Shown here: positions 1 through 13,147 of the stretch, in pieces | How positions within the stretch are numbered: position 1 is the first letter of the stretch | Layout of the letters: every line of letters starts with the position of its first letter | Assembly (NCBI GenBank): GCA_013239625.1 | Contig: MU056050.1 | Location: forward strand, 5,465,366-5,529,365 | Direction: 5' to 3' | From: Lama guanicoe | Taxonomy: Eukaryota | Length of the DNA: 64,000 bases | Translations under genes and position numbers: made by a program | The notes under the pieces: generated by a model | The model's database searches: none | What the model was told of the DNA's origin: nothing | Seen by the model: only the letters and a program-made list of their open reading frames with translations

Positions 1-788
1 GCCGTCATTCAAAAATCCACAAATGACAAATGCTGGAGAGGCTGTGGAGAAAGGGGAACCCTCCTACACTGCTGGTGGGAATGCAGTTTGGTGCAGCCAC
101 TGTGGAAAACAGTATGGAGATTCCTCAAAAGACTAGGAAGAGACTTACCATATGACCCAGGAATCCCACTCCTAGGCATATATCCAGAAGGAACCCTACT
201 TCAGGATGACATCTGCACCCCAATGTTCTTAGCAGCACTGTTTACAATAGCCAAGACATGGAAACAGCCTAAATGTCCATCAATGGATGACTGGATAAAG
301 AAGAGGTGGTATATTTATACAATGGACTACTACTCAGCCATAAAAACGGCAACATAATGCCATTCACAGCAACATGGATGGACCTGGAGATCATCATTCA
401 AAGTGAAGTAAGCCAGAAAGAAAAAGAAAAATACCATATGACCATGCTCATATGTGGAATCTAAAAAAAAGCAAAAACAAAAACAAACAAACAAAGCATA
501 AATACAAAACAGAAATAGACTAATAGACATAGAATACAAACTTGTGGTTGCCAAGGAGGTGGAGGGTGGAAAGAGATAGACTGGGATTTCAAAATTGTAG
601 AATAGATAAACAAAACAAGACTGTATAGCACAGGGAAATATATACAAGATCTTATGGTGGCTCACGGAGAAAAAAATGTGACAATGAATATATATATGTT
701 CATGTATAACTGAAAAATTGTGCTCTACACTAGAATTTGATACAACATTGTAAAATGATTATAAATCAATAAAAAATGTTTAAAAAAA
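1..788 (+). mobile_element. Young lineage-specific L1 3' end (ORF2 C-terminus, 3'UTR, polyA signal), running off the window start
   Basis: ORF 88-357 is the L1 ORF2 C-terminus ([38 protein letters not shown]). The 3'UTR ends tcaataaaaaatgtt plus an A tract and is nearly identical to copies at 1799, 6943, 9720 and 33704. Confidence 0.95.
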
Positions 789-1715
789 GGATAATATACC
801 ATGGTCAATGGGATTTATTCCACGGACACAAAGATGGTTTAATATTTGGAAACTGATCAATGTGATATACCACATAAACAAAAGGAAGGACAAAATCACA
901 TAATTATCTCAATAGATGCAGAAAATGCATTTCACAAAATTCAACATCCATTTGTGATTAAAAACTCTCAAAGTTGGTAAATAGGGAACATATCTCAACA
1001 TAATATAGGTCATTTATGACAAAATAATAGCTAACATCTTTTGTACTCCGTTTCTGGGATTGTAAATGCGAGCAACTACTATAAAAACAGTATAGAGATT
1101 CCTCAAGAAACTAAAAATGAAAGTAGCATGTAATTCAGCAATTCCATTTCTGGGTATATATCTGTAAAAACTAAAAACACTAATTCTAAAAGATATATGC
1201 CCCCCAATGTTCACAGAAGCACTACTGGCAATAGCCAAGATATGGAAGAAACCCAAGTGTCCTTTACCAGATGAGTGGATACAGAAGTAGTAGCATATAT
1301 ATAATGAAATATTACTAAGCCATAAAAATGAGATTTTACCATTTGCAGCAATGTGTATAGACCTAGAGAATATTCTTACAGAAATAAGTCAGACAGAAAT
1401 ATAACTATTGTTTGATAAAAAATAACAAATGAATGTATACAGCAAAACAGAAACTGACTCACAGATACGGAAAACAAACTAGTGCTTACCAGTGAGGAGA
1501 GGGAGGGTGAAGGGGAAAGACAAGAGAATGGGATTAAGAATTACAAACTGCTATGTATAAAATAGATAAGCAACAAGTATATATCGGACATCACAGGGTC
1601 ATAGACATTATTTCGTAACAAATTTTAATGGAATATAATCTGCAAAAATACTGAATCATCATGCTGTATATCTAAAATTGATATTGTAAATCAGCTATAC
1701 CTCAATTTTAAAAAA
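789..1715 (+). mobile_element. Older decayed L1: RT fragment joined to ORF2 C-terminus/3'UTR across an internal deletion
   Basis: 789-1035 is degenerate sequence for DQVGFIP..QGWFNI..SIDAEKAF..IQHPF. From ~1040 it jumps to C-terminal and 3'UTR sequence ending ctatacctcaatttt-aaaa. Confidence 0.85.
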
Positions 1716-1798
1716 AGATATACAAAGCCATGTTTTATAAAAGCAAAATATAACAAAACAAAGTATAATATTTATAAACAAAAAATATACCAAACTGA

Positions 1799-2441
1799 TT
1801 GGTGCAGCCACTATGGAAAACAGTGTGGAGATTCCTCAAAAGACTAGGAATAGACTTACCATATGACCCAGGAATCCCACTCCTGGGCTTGTATCCAGAA
1901 GGAAATCTACTTCAGGATGACACCTGCACTCCAATGTTCATAGCAGTGCTATTTACAATAGCCAAAACATGGAAACAGCCTAAATGTCCATCAACAGGTG
2001 ACTGGATAAAGAAGAGGTGGTATATTTATACAATGGAATACTACTCAGCCATAAAAACCGACAACATAACGCCATTTGCAGCAACATGGATGCTCCTAGA
2101 GAATGTTATTCTAAGTGAAGTAAGCCAGAAAGAGAAAGAAAAATACCATATGAGATCGCTCATATGTGGAATCTAAAGACTCATAGACAAAGAATACAGA
2201 TTTGTGGTTACCAGAGGGGTAGAGGGTGGGAAGCGATAGACTGGGATTTCAAAATTGTAGAATAGATAAACAAGATTACACTGTATAGCACAGGGAAATA
2301 TACACAAAATGTTATGATAAATCACAGAGAAAAAAATGTGACAATGAGTGTGTATATGTCCATGAATGACTGAAAAATTGTGCTGAACACTGGAATTTGA
2401 CACAACATTGTAAAATGATTATAAATCAATAAAAAATGTTA
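1799..2441 (+). mobile_element. Young 5'-truncated L1 insertion with 19-bp TSD
   Basis: ORF 1799-2176 is the open ORF2 C-terminus. Perfect direct repeat aaaaaatataccaaactga at 1780-1798 and 2442-2460. Confidence 0.97.
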
Positions 2442-2627
2442 AAAAAATATACCAAACTGAATGAAGAGTCCAGAAATAGACCATGTATAGATGTTAACAA
2501 GAAATGATAAAACTGGCAGCATCAATCTGTGTGTACATGATAGAGTATTTGGTAAGTTATTTAGTAGACAATATGGGAAAATTAATCAAATCTTGGAGAT
2601 ATCTATTATTTTAACCATTTGAGTAAC

Positions 2628-2800
2628 TTTTTAAACTTTTTATTTTGAAATAATTTGATAATTACATAAGTTCCAAAAAGTGTACAGAGAATTCTCATAT
2701 TTGTTTTAGATGTACAGCATAGTGATTCAGTATTGTTATAAAATATACTCCAGTGAAAATTATTACAAGATGATGACCATAATTCCCCACACTATATAAC
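2628..2800 (-). mobile_element. Two short antisense old L1 3'-end fragments
   Basis: tttttattttgaaataattt..gtgtacagagaattctc and ttagatgtacagcatagtgattcagta.. resemble reverse-complemented L1M 3' ends. Confidence 0.55.
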
Positions 2801-2804
2801 ACAT

Positions 2805-5800
2805 TTCACACACACTGAGAACCAGGAAAAAGCAGTAATTGGAAGGAGCCAGGGTAATACCTACTTGCTGAACTTAGAAAGTCTCTTGGAAAAGCAGCTG
2901 GCAAATGGGACTCACCATGGTGACATAAAGTTGGCAGCAGTCATTTTTGAGAGGTCATTCTACGACAATGGCTTTGGTGCTGGTAAGCACCATTTTAGAA
3001 TTCTTCCTCTAGCTTATTAGCAGCAGGATTAGGAGCCATCTACCAGCTTATCTGAGCAGTTCTGGTACACATCAGGCCAAGTGTCTAGCTGGGTTGGGAC
3101 ACCCCTACCCAACAGTGAATCCAAGACCTACAAGACTCTGCACCCAAAGACTCTGAAACACAATTTCATATACCAGTGGGGAAGTAGAAGCCCGAGGACA
3201 GTCTAGACTCTAGCCCTGCCCACCAGCCGCCATATACCAGCCCTGGAAATACTGCGAAAGCAAAGCCAGTGATGCCAAGATCCAACCTATCTACCAGTAA
3301 GCCAGCAGCATTCCAGGATTCCCAGAGGATTGAATTTGTGCATCAGCAGGCAGATATCAGCTCTGGCATATCTTCTGCCTAGGAACGAGCCACCCCAGGA
3401 TATAACTGGAATCATCTACAGGCTACCACCAGCGTCAAGATATCCTGGAAGCTGCAGCCAGCCAAGTCAGGAATTGGCCCCACCCACGAGCAGGCCAACA
3501 TGAGACTCACGACACTGTGTGTCATAGTCCCATGCATCAGGAGACCAATAATAATTCCAGGAACCCCAGCCCTGCAAACAAATGCCTCGTGACGGAGCCC
3601 AGGCAACCAGCAGACTGACATCAGGACTGGAATGGCCCCATATATCAGGGTCCATCAGCAGCAACACAAGTTAGGGCCCGACAACAAACAGCACTGAAGG
3701 CCAGGCATACGTACCAGCATTTCCAAAGTACTCAGCCAGCAACAACAAAGGACCTATATAGCCCACATAGAGGACATCCCTAGAGCATATAGCTCTGTTG
3801 AACAGAGGTGAGTATGCTTTGGACCCCATAGGTTGTTTCCTACATAAGGCTACTTCTCTTAATATCATAAAATATAACCTATCAAACACACAAAAATAAA
3901 AACAGCAAATTGGGTAAAATGAGATGACCAAGAAATATGTCCAAAACAAACAAACATGATAAAATCTCAGAACAAGAGCTACATAAAGTGAAGATAATCA
4001 ATCTATCTAATAGTTTAAGATAATGATCATAAAAATGATCAAAGAACTCAGGAGAATGGATTGATACAGTGAGATTAGCAAAGAATTAGAAATTTAAATA
4101 AAAAGCACAGACAAAGAATATAGTAACTGAGATTTAAAAATATACTACAAGAAATCAACAGTAGATTAGATGATAAAGAGAAACAGATAAGTAAGGTAGA
4201 AGATAGAGTAGCAGAAATCATTGACGCTAAACAGAAAATGGAAAAAGTAACAAAAAGCAATGAGGACAATTTAAGAGACTTCTGAGACAACATCAAGCAT
4301 CCTAACATTCACATTAGAGGGATTCCAGGAGGAGGAGAGAGAGGAAGGGTCAGAAAACATATTTGCAAACATATTTGATGACGAAACTGAAAACTTCACT
4401 AACCTGTGAGAAAAAAACAGACATCCAGATCCAGGAAGAAAAAGGATCAACCGAAAGAGGATCACATCAAGACACAATGTAATTAGAATGGAAAAAAATT
4501 AAAGATAAAGAGACGATATTAAAAGCAGCAAGGGAAAAGCAACTGGTTATGCATAAGGGAGCACCCAAAAGGCTATCAGCTGACTTTTCTGCAGAAACTT
4601 TGCAGACCAGAAGGGGGTAAGGCAATATATTTAAAATGATAAAAGGGGAAAATATACAACCAAAAATATTCAACCCAGCAAACTATTCATTCAGATTTAA
4701 CTGAAAGATGAAAAATTTTTATAGACAAGCAAAAGCTAAGAGTTCAGTACAACCAAATCAGCTTTACAAGAAAAGTTAAAGGAAACTCTCTAAGTGAAAA
4801 ACAAAAGGCCATTAACTAGAAAAATGAAAACTATGAAAGAAAAAAAATCTCATTTGTAAAGGCAAATTATGAAAGGAAAAATCTTGTTTTAAAACAAGCA
4901 CATATAAAACTTGTAGGAAGGTTAAAAGACAAAAGCAGTAAAATGACCTAAATCAGTAATAAGTAGTTAAGGGAAAAACAAAACAATATAAAATGTCATG
5001 CCAAAAATAGTGAATGATAGGGGAGGGAGTGAAAATGTACGGTTGTTAAAATGCATTTGAACTTAAGAGATCAGCAACTAAAAATAAACACACACACACT
5101 GCGGTGTGTGGGGGGGTTACTATCTATAATGATAAAAGTCTACCTCAGGAAGCTAAAAAATCTCAAATGAACAACCTAATCTTATATCTAAAGTATCTAG
5201 AGAAAAAGGCCAAAAATGAAAACCCAAAAGTAGTAGACTAAAAGAAGTAATAAAAATCAAAGCAGAAATAAATAGACTAAAAAAATAGAAAAGATCAATG
5301 AAATTAAGACATTGTTATTCGAAAAGATTTTTAAAAAACTGATAAACCTTTAGACAGACACATCAAGGAAAATAGACAGAGGGCCCAAATCAAAATCAGT
5401 AATGAAAAAGAAGTTAACAAGTGATACCACAGAAATACAAAGGATCATAAGAGTACCAGGACAAATCGTATCCCAATCAATTGGACAACCTAGAAGACAG
5501 GTATGAATTCATAGAAATATACAATCTCCTAAGACTGAATTGTAAAGAAATAGAAAATATGAAGAGAAAAATTACCAGTGATGAAATTGAATCAGTACTA
5601 AAAAATTGCAACAAACCAATGTCCAGAATCAGAATGCTTCACAGGTGAATTCTATCAAACATTTACAGAACTGTTTATATCTGTCCTTCACAATTACAAA
5701 AAATTGAAGAGGAAAGAATGCTTCTGACATCATTTTACAAAGCCAATATCACCCTGATACCAAAACCAAAGATAACACAAAAATAATAAATTATATTCCA

Positions 5801-8205
5801 ATATCACTGATAAACATAAATGGAAAAATTCTCAACAAAATATTAGCAAATAGAATTCAATAATACATTAAAAGGCTCATACATCACAATCAAGTAGGAT
5901 TTATCCCAGGAATGCAAGGTTAATTCAGCATGCAATATACCACATTAAAAAACTGAAGAATTAAAATCATATGATCATCTCAATAGATGCAGAAAAATGC
6001 TGACAATATTTAATATCCATTTATGATAAAGCTCTCAACAATCTAGGTATATAAAAACTAAAATCTCTACATAATAAAGGCCACGTATGACAAGCCACAG
6101 TTAATGTTATATTTAAGGGTTGAAAACATGAAAGAATTTCCTGTAAGATCGGGGAAAAGAAGAGGATGCTGACTCTTACCACTTTTATTCAAAATAGTAT
6201 TAGGAATTCCTACCCACAGCCATCAGACAAGAACAAGAAATAAAAAGTATCCAAATTAGAAAGGAAGAAACAAAACTGGCACTGTTCACAGATTACATGA
6301 TACAAAACATACAAAATCCTACAAATGGCACCAAAAAAGTACTAAACATCAAGTAATTTGGTAAATATGCACGATACAAAATTAATATACAGAAATATGT
6401 TGTTCTTGTATACACTAAAAAGAAACTATCAGAAAAGGAATTTAAGAAAATAATCTCCTTTACAACTGCATCAAAAAGAATAAAATTTAACTCAACTACG
6501 AGGTAAAAGACCTATACTCTCAAAACTATTCCACAATGATGAAAGAAACTGAAGACAATGCTGATAGACTGGAAGAATTAATATTGTTAAAAATCAACAT
6601 AGTACCCAAGGCAATCCACAAAGTCAAAGTAATCCTAATCAAAACACCAATTTCATCTTTCACAGAATCAGAATGAATAATTCAAAAATTTGTATTGAAT
6701 CACAAAAGACCCTGAATAGCCAAAAAAATTGTGAGAAAGATGAAGCTGGAGCTATAACACTATATGATTTGAAACTGTATTACAAACCTATAGTCATCAA
6801 AACACCATGGTACTGGCACAAATGGAGACACATAGTTCAATGGAACAAAATAAAGAATCTGTTGTCCAACCTCAAACTTGTCAGAATGACTATTATCAAA
6901 AAGACAACAAATAACAAGTATTGGCAAAGATGAGGAGAGAAAAAAATGTGACAATGAATATATATACATTCATGTATAACTGAAAAATTGTGCTCTACAT
7001 TGGAATTTGACACAACATTGTAAAATGATTATAAATCAATAAAAAATGTTATATTGTTGTTCAAAAAAAGAAAGGTGAGGAGAGAAATGAACATTTGTGC
7101 ACCACTGGTGGGAATGTAAATTGGTACAGCCAATATGGAAAACAATATGGTGGTCCCTCAAAAAATTCAAAGTAGAACTAATATTTCATCCAGCAACTCC
7201 ACTCGTACTTATTTATCTGAAGAAAACAAAAAAACCAATATAAAATATATATGCACCAATATGCTCACTAACTTACAATAGCTAAGGTATAGAAGGAAGT
7301 CCCCGTCAATAGATGGATTGTTTCCAAAAAAACGCATTACATATATGCAGTGGAATGTTACTCAGCCATAATAAAAATGAAACTTGCCATTAGTGACAAT
7401 GTGAATGAAACTAGAGGGTATTATGCTACACGAAGTAATTCGGATAAAGACAAATACTATATGATTTCACTTATATCTGGAATCTAAAAACACAAATGAA
7501 CAAATAAAACAGAAAGGGAAGTCACAGATATGGACAACAAAGACTTGGCTGCTAGGGGGTGGTGTGGGGAGACAAATAGATGAGGGATATTAAGAGGTAC
7601 AAACTTCTAGTTACACAATAAAGGAGTCAAGGGTATGAAATGTACAGTGTGGAGAATATGGCCAATACTAATGCCATACCTCTGTATGGTGACAGATGGC
7701 AACTGTAAGACTTATCTGTAGTTATCATTTTGAAATGTATAAAAATATCAAATCACTATGTTGTGCACCAAGAAATAACATAGTATTGTATGCCATATAT
7801 TATACTTCAAATTAAGCCAAAAATTTTATAGGAAAATAGATCAGGTGTGCAATTACCAGAGGTGAGGTGTAGGGGCAGAGGGAATTGGATAAAGTTAGTC
7901 AAAACCTACAAACTTCCAGTAATAAGATAACTACTACAGATGTAAAGTGCAACATGATAAATGTAATTAACATTTTTCTACGTTATATATGAAAGTTTTC
8001 AAGAGAGTAGCCTTAAGAGTTCTCATCCCAAGGAAAGTTTTTTTTCTATTGCATTAAATTTGTATCTGTATGAGATGATAGATATTCACTAAACTTATAG
8101 TGGTAAACATCTCATGATATATATAAGTCTAATAATTATGCTATATACTTTAAACTTCAATGGTGTATGTCAATTATGTCTCAATAAGAGTGGAAGAAAA
8201 AGGAA
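2805..8205 (+). mobile_element. Long decayed L1 (partial 5'UTR, ORF1 ~3920-4790, ORF2 lacking the endonuclease domain, long 3'UTR)
   Basis: GC-richer repetitive 5'UTR 2805-3900. ORF1-like ctatcagctgacttttctgcagaaactttgcag (LSADFSAETLQ). ORF2 resumes at ~5125 (YLRK..KSQMNNL) with degenerate RT motifs at 5640-6300. Many stops and frameshifts. Confidence 0.9.
6943..7070 (+). mobile_element. Very short young L1 3' tail nested in the older L1, with TSD
   Basis: Matches the last ~110 nt of the young L1 3'UTR. Flanked by aaagatgaggagagaaa (6926-6942) and aaaggtgaggagagaaa (7071-7087), one mismatch. Confidence 0.9.
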
Positions 8206-9719
8206 AATGAACAAATAAATATGTTTGGTTTAAAACTTACAAAACAATTTGCTTGATCAAATGCTTCACTTTTCAATTTTTGTGTCAAAAAGACAAATTG
8301 GTCTGTGAACCAAGGAGACATATTAAATCTTAACTGTTTTCAAAAATTACTTTGAGGTGAAAAATTACTATATTTGGTTTATAGAACCATAAATACCATC
8401 ACTATCATTAAAATTTATCATAATTGATGACAGTGATTACTGAAATTTTCCCTTCATATTTGATCTTAACTAATAAATTTTCCTGACAAATCCAGTCTGT
8501 TTATTCCCCCATTCTTCACTTTATTTTCACTTAAATACAAATAACATATAAAATTTCATTTTACACAATTTTCTTCTTTTTTACTCTAGCTAGAATTACT
8601 GAGTCCATCAACATTATAATTACCCAATGAGATTAAGAAAGTATATATTTTCATTTAATTTTGTTGAATAAACCCAAAAAAAGACCTCTATTCTTTTCTG
8701 TAGACTATATGCTTAACTCTAGAATAACCATCTCATGAATGAATACTAAAATGTGATAAAAAGGAAAGAAATATGTATGTAACCACCTTGGAAATAATAA
8801 CCACCTGTCCGTTTTGTAAACTGTACTTTCCTTAAAGAAAATGATTTTTAAAAAATAAAATACAAAATAGAGAAGATATCAAATGAGACTGTTATACAAT
8901 TATTGTTGAAATTATCCATCATAAAATACAAGAAGATGTTTTAAAGATGCTTGCAATTTAACTGCATTTCTATTTTGTTTCCTTGACTTGTTGAATGATC
9001 TGTTCCATAATGTGCTTTTATAATTGAGGTAGATGAAAAGTGAAATTGATAAAAAGGCATAATTGGTTTCTCTTTTTATTGGGTGCTTCTGTTCAGAATT
9101 TTATGTAGTCTTCCTGCAGAATGTTAAAATTCAAAGAAGATTTTGCAGATGGTATTTAAAATGCTTTTTCTCTAAGTTGTTTCAGTCCACGGTATTATGT
9201 TCAATGTCTTAGAAGAAATAATTAGTTTTAAGAAGCAGGATGATCTTGAGATAGGTTGGGTTTATTTTTTTCTAGCTTGAATAAATAGAACATAAATGGA
9301 CATTTTAGAAGTAATTTACATACCTTCAGTTATAATCAAATACTTTATTCATTCCCTAGAAATGTGGATGAAATTCCTCACAAGTAATTTTGAACCATAA
9401 AAAATGGTTCCTCAAATAACAAGCAGCTCGGTTTTAGAGATTTCCAAGAGGGACATCTTAATGATATTTCAGGTTAGTTATATCACATAATGTTTCCACA
9501 CCTGTCTTGAAGAAACCTGGGCTGCTATACTCAATCAAATAAACCCTTAAAATTTGGTCATATTCCCTCCTATTTTATAATTATTAACCCATAAAACATA
9601 AAGAAGTACATAAATAATCACACAAATTAAACAGATAATTAAGTATAAATTAGAGCCTCCTTAAACTTGGTCTTGTAACCCATACATTCTGGACATGGAA
9701 TATGTCAAAATATTCAAAA

Positions 9720-9869
9720 CACAGGGAAATATATACAAGATCTTTTGGTAGCTCACAGCGAAAAAAAAAATGTGACAATGAATATATGTTCATGTATAAC
9801 TGAAAAATTGTGCTCTACACTAGAATTTGACACAACATTGTAAAATGACTATAACTCAATAAAAAAAAA
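9720..9869 (+). mobile_element. Short young L1 3' tail followed by A-rich simple repeats
   Basis: cacagggaaatatatacaagatc..gacacaacattgtaaaatg..caataaaaaaaa matches ~630-780. No TSD identified. Confidence 0.9.
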
Positions 9870-12594
9870 CTATAACATTAACAACTTAAATAAATAAATA
9901 AATAACTTAATTTAAATTTATAGATAGAAAAGAAAAAAGAAAGCAACAAAGAAAGCAAGCAAGCAAGAAAGAAAATGATAGCTAGATTGGATGGATAGAT
10001 GGGTATATACAAATATTAAGAGAAAATACTGCCTTAAAATATAAAAAGTATAGAGTACCATAGCTCCCTACTGAAGTCTTTTGAGGATCTTGATTAAATA
10101 ATTTAAACTAAATTGCTTCAGACATTATGCAATTCAATTAGAGTGAGAAGAATAATATTGTGGCCTCTGATGTTAATAGGAAAACTTTCAAGCATAGGTA
10201 AATCAAGTTCATTTGATGATTTCTTCTGTCCATGACATATACTTAGTTCCTACAGTGAGCTCAGAGTCAGAGTAAGTGCTCTGGATGGAACATAATATAA
10301 GCGAAAGCCTTATTCTGGTCCCTAAGGCACCTTTATTACTTAGAGAAGCAACATCAGACACGCATATACACATAACAACAACATATGCTTTAAACATGAC
10401 TAGACAAAGTTTATTAACCAATCTACAAAAAAATATGAGAAAACTTTACCTTCTAATATTCCTATCCATTAAAATACTTATTCTCATAATATTTATTATT
10501 CTTCTTAAAGGAGGTACAAACAATATTTTAGAAAAAAGTAGAAATAACAGAGGTATGAAAGAAAATGCTGATTTTTTAGATTTTATACTGTAGGAAATTG
10601 ATTTTTCCTATATTATCCTCTTCTTTTGCCCTTTTCTCTTCTAATGAATTTGTCACTATAAAATTGATTTCAAACATTAATATCTATTTACTTGGCCAAA
10701 TCTTATTATATCATCTTGGCTTTGATTTTAATTATTACAAAGTAGCATTTGATAATCTTCTGGTGGAAAAAAAAAAACTACTCTGAGCCTGATTGATTGT
10801 TAGGTTATGGTGCTGAGTGAGGTGGTTTTAAATATTTGTTAAGTGCTTTATGATGAATAACTGTTAAATACAGTTTTGAGAATACTGATTTTTTAAACCC
10901 AATCATGCTGTTAAAAAAAGAGAAAGAAGCAAAAGAGTAAGCTAATTGTACGATGTGGCTAAAAGAAGCTAATCTATTCTTAACCTTACTTCATAAGTGA
11001 CAGCAAAATTAAATGGAGACAATCATGAATCACAGGAGGATGAGAGTTGGGTAACTAATTGGACTATTTTCCATGCTGTCAGAATCCTCTCAAGCAATTT
11101 TCTTCAATTATAACTGCAAATCAGCATGCTATTTCCTCCACATGAACTATCCATTGCCTGAGGACTAACTAGGTATCCTGGGATAACTCATGATGAATTG
11201 TTAGAGACCATTTTCCACTAGTGAATCATTACAGGGAGTTCGCAGTGAAATACTAGCATAAAAACCCTCTAAAAGTCTAGGTGAAGAAATCCACAAAAAA
11301 TGCATTACATGTAAAAGGCTGACTGCCCTGCTCATCAACAAGAAATCGATCAATCTGCTAGCAAACTCTGTGAAACAAACAAAAAAAAGCAGAATAGAAG
11401 TCAAAATATTGCCGCCATATACTTAACTCTCTGTGGGATAACTCTGACTCCCTGTGTATCAAATAAATGGTATGCTGGCCAGAGAATGCTGGTAGTTTCA
11501 CATTGGATCGCACATTTTTTTCTGTAATTTTAATTCAGTCAACTCTGGTACTCAGAGTGACTTATACCCTCTCATGTATTACCCAGGTATATGGGTTCCT
11601 ATGATATAGAATCTTGTCTTCTACACATCAACATCACTATCATGTTCGGCTAGAAGTGAAAAACAGAACTTTTGTTTCAGGTTGTCACTTTCAAAAACAC
11701 ATACACATATTAATTAGCCAAATGCTCTGAATCTAAACTTCATATTCCTTTTATGCACATAAGTCAGGTATCTGACAGGTGGACAGGTTTCAAGAACTAT
11801 CAGGGAAGTGACTATCATCTATGGCAAACTGTAGTTGCAAAATAAAAAAATTAAATGTTTTGAGAGAACGATAAAAGTATAGGCTAATTATTTTTATAAT
11901 ACCCCTTTTGGGTTTAGGAGTCTAAATTATCATCCAATATATGAAAATCCATTTAATAAGAAGACATTAGCATGATATCATATCTATTATATTATGCCAT
12001 CATGTAGTTTAATTGGAGTTAGTTAACTCTTACTATAATGATATTTCAAGTGTATTTTTAGCTCTTCCTTCAAAGCATTTATTAGGGGATTTTGTACACA
12101 GTATTTAATAAATATTGTTGAAGAAAGATTTTTAAAGCATAGACTTATTAGGCATGACACAGAAATTTACAGGTAAAAGGGTGGGAAGGTAAATGATGAA
12201 AGTAAACTCTTGGCATTTATATGACTGCTCTTGGGAAATGACATTGCCTTAAAAGTCAATAGCTTTTTAGACATCTGAAGCAAGAGTTAAGGAGAAAAGA
12301 ACATATTTTTAGTCTGTTAAGAATCTTGTAGATGTCTAAAAATAGAACTTGAAATATGTAAACACATCATGCATTACTGAAACGAAGTAGATTGAAGTCT
12401 CTTAAGATCTATTCAACACCTCAATAAACGCACACTTATTCTTTAGTTTAGTTAGGTTTTGTTCTGAGATTGGTTTAACTATTACCAAAGGAAATCTGCA
12501 TATCTACAACTATGAGTTTAATGGTGGCAGAATTCATTGCCTTTTGGCTCCATAGTTTTTATTTTCCTCTAAAGGAGATATCTACATTTTCTTT

Positions 12595-12730
12595 TTAATT
12601 TTAATTTTGTTTTCTATTTATCTGGGGGGGGGTTGGTTTATTTATTTATTTTTGGAGGAGGTACTGGGGATTGAACCCAGGACCCTGTGCATGCTAAGTA
12701 TGTGCTCTACCACTTGAGCTATACCCTCCC
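12595..12730 (-). mobile_element. Vic-type camelid tRNA-derived SINE
   Basis: Reverse complement reads GGGAGGGTATAGCTCAAGTGGTAGAGCAC..GGGTTCAATCCCCAGTACCTCC (A and B boxes), then (AAAT)n, a C run and an A-rich tail. Confidence 0.9.
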
Positions 12731-12984
12731 TTCATAGAGTTTTATGTTGTCAAGAATGCTTTTCAATAATTGGACACCACATTCAAAAGAATTTAATTCA
12801 ACCAGAGTATCAAAACTTGACACTTTTAAAACAACAGAGCCAGGCTTTTTTCTTGTGAGTTAGTCAAACTCAAACCATGTATATAATAACTGGTTCTACG
12901 TAGGACATTGAGAATATTGATTATTTTTGGAATTGCAGTTATACTAAAATTGTATGATCTAATACTCAGGAATCTTTCCTAGAT

Positions 12985-13110
12985 TTTAAACTTTGAGGAG
13001 GCAGAGTCTTTCCTTGATTTGTTTGCCTCATACCGAAGTTCTAAGATACCTATTAACATAGTGTTTTCTCAATAAATATGTGTTGAATGAATGCTTGAAT
13101 GAGTCATTCA
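12985..13110 (+). mobile_element. L2 3' end
   Basis: catagtg..ctcaataaatatgtgttgaatgaatg..gaatga is the typical L2 terminus. Confidence 0.65.
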
Positions 13111-13147
13111 TACAGAAACAAAATGCCAAGATGAAAAAGCTTCGTAA

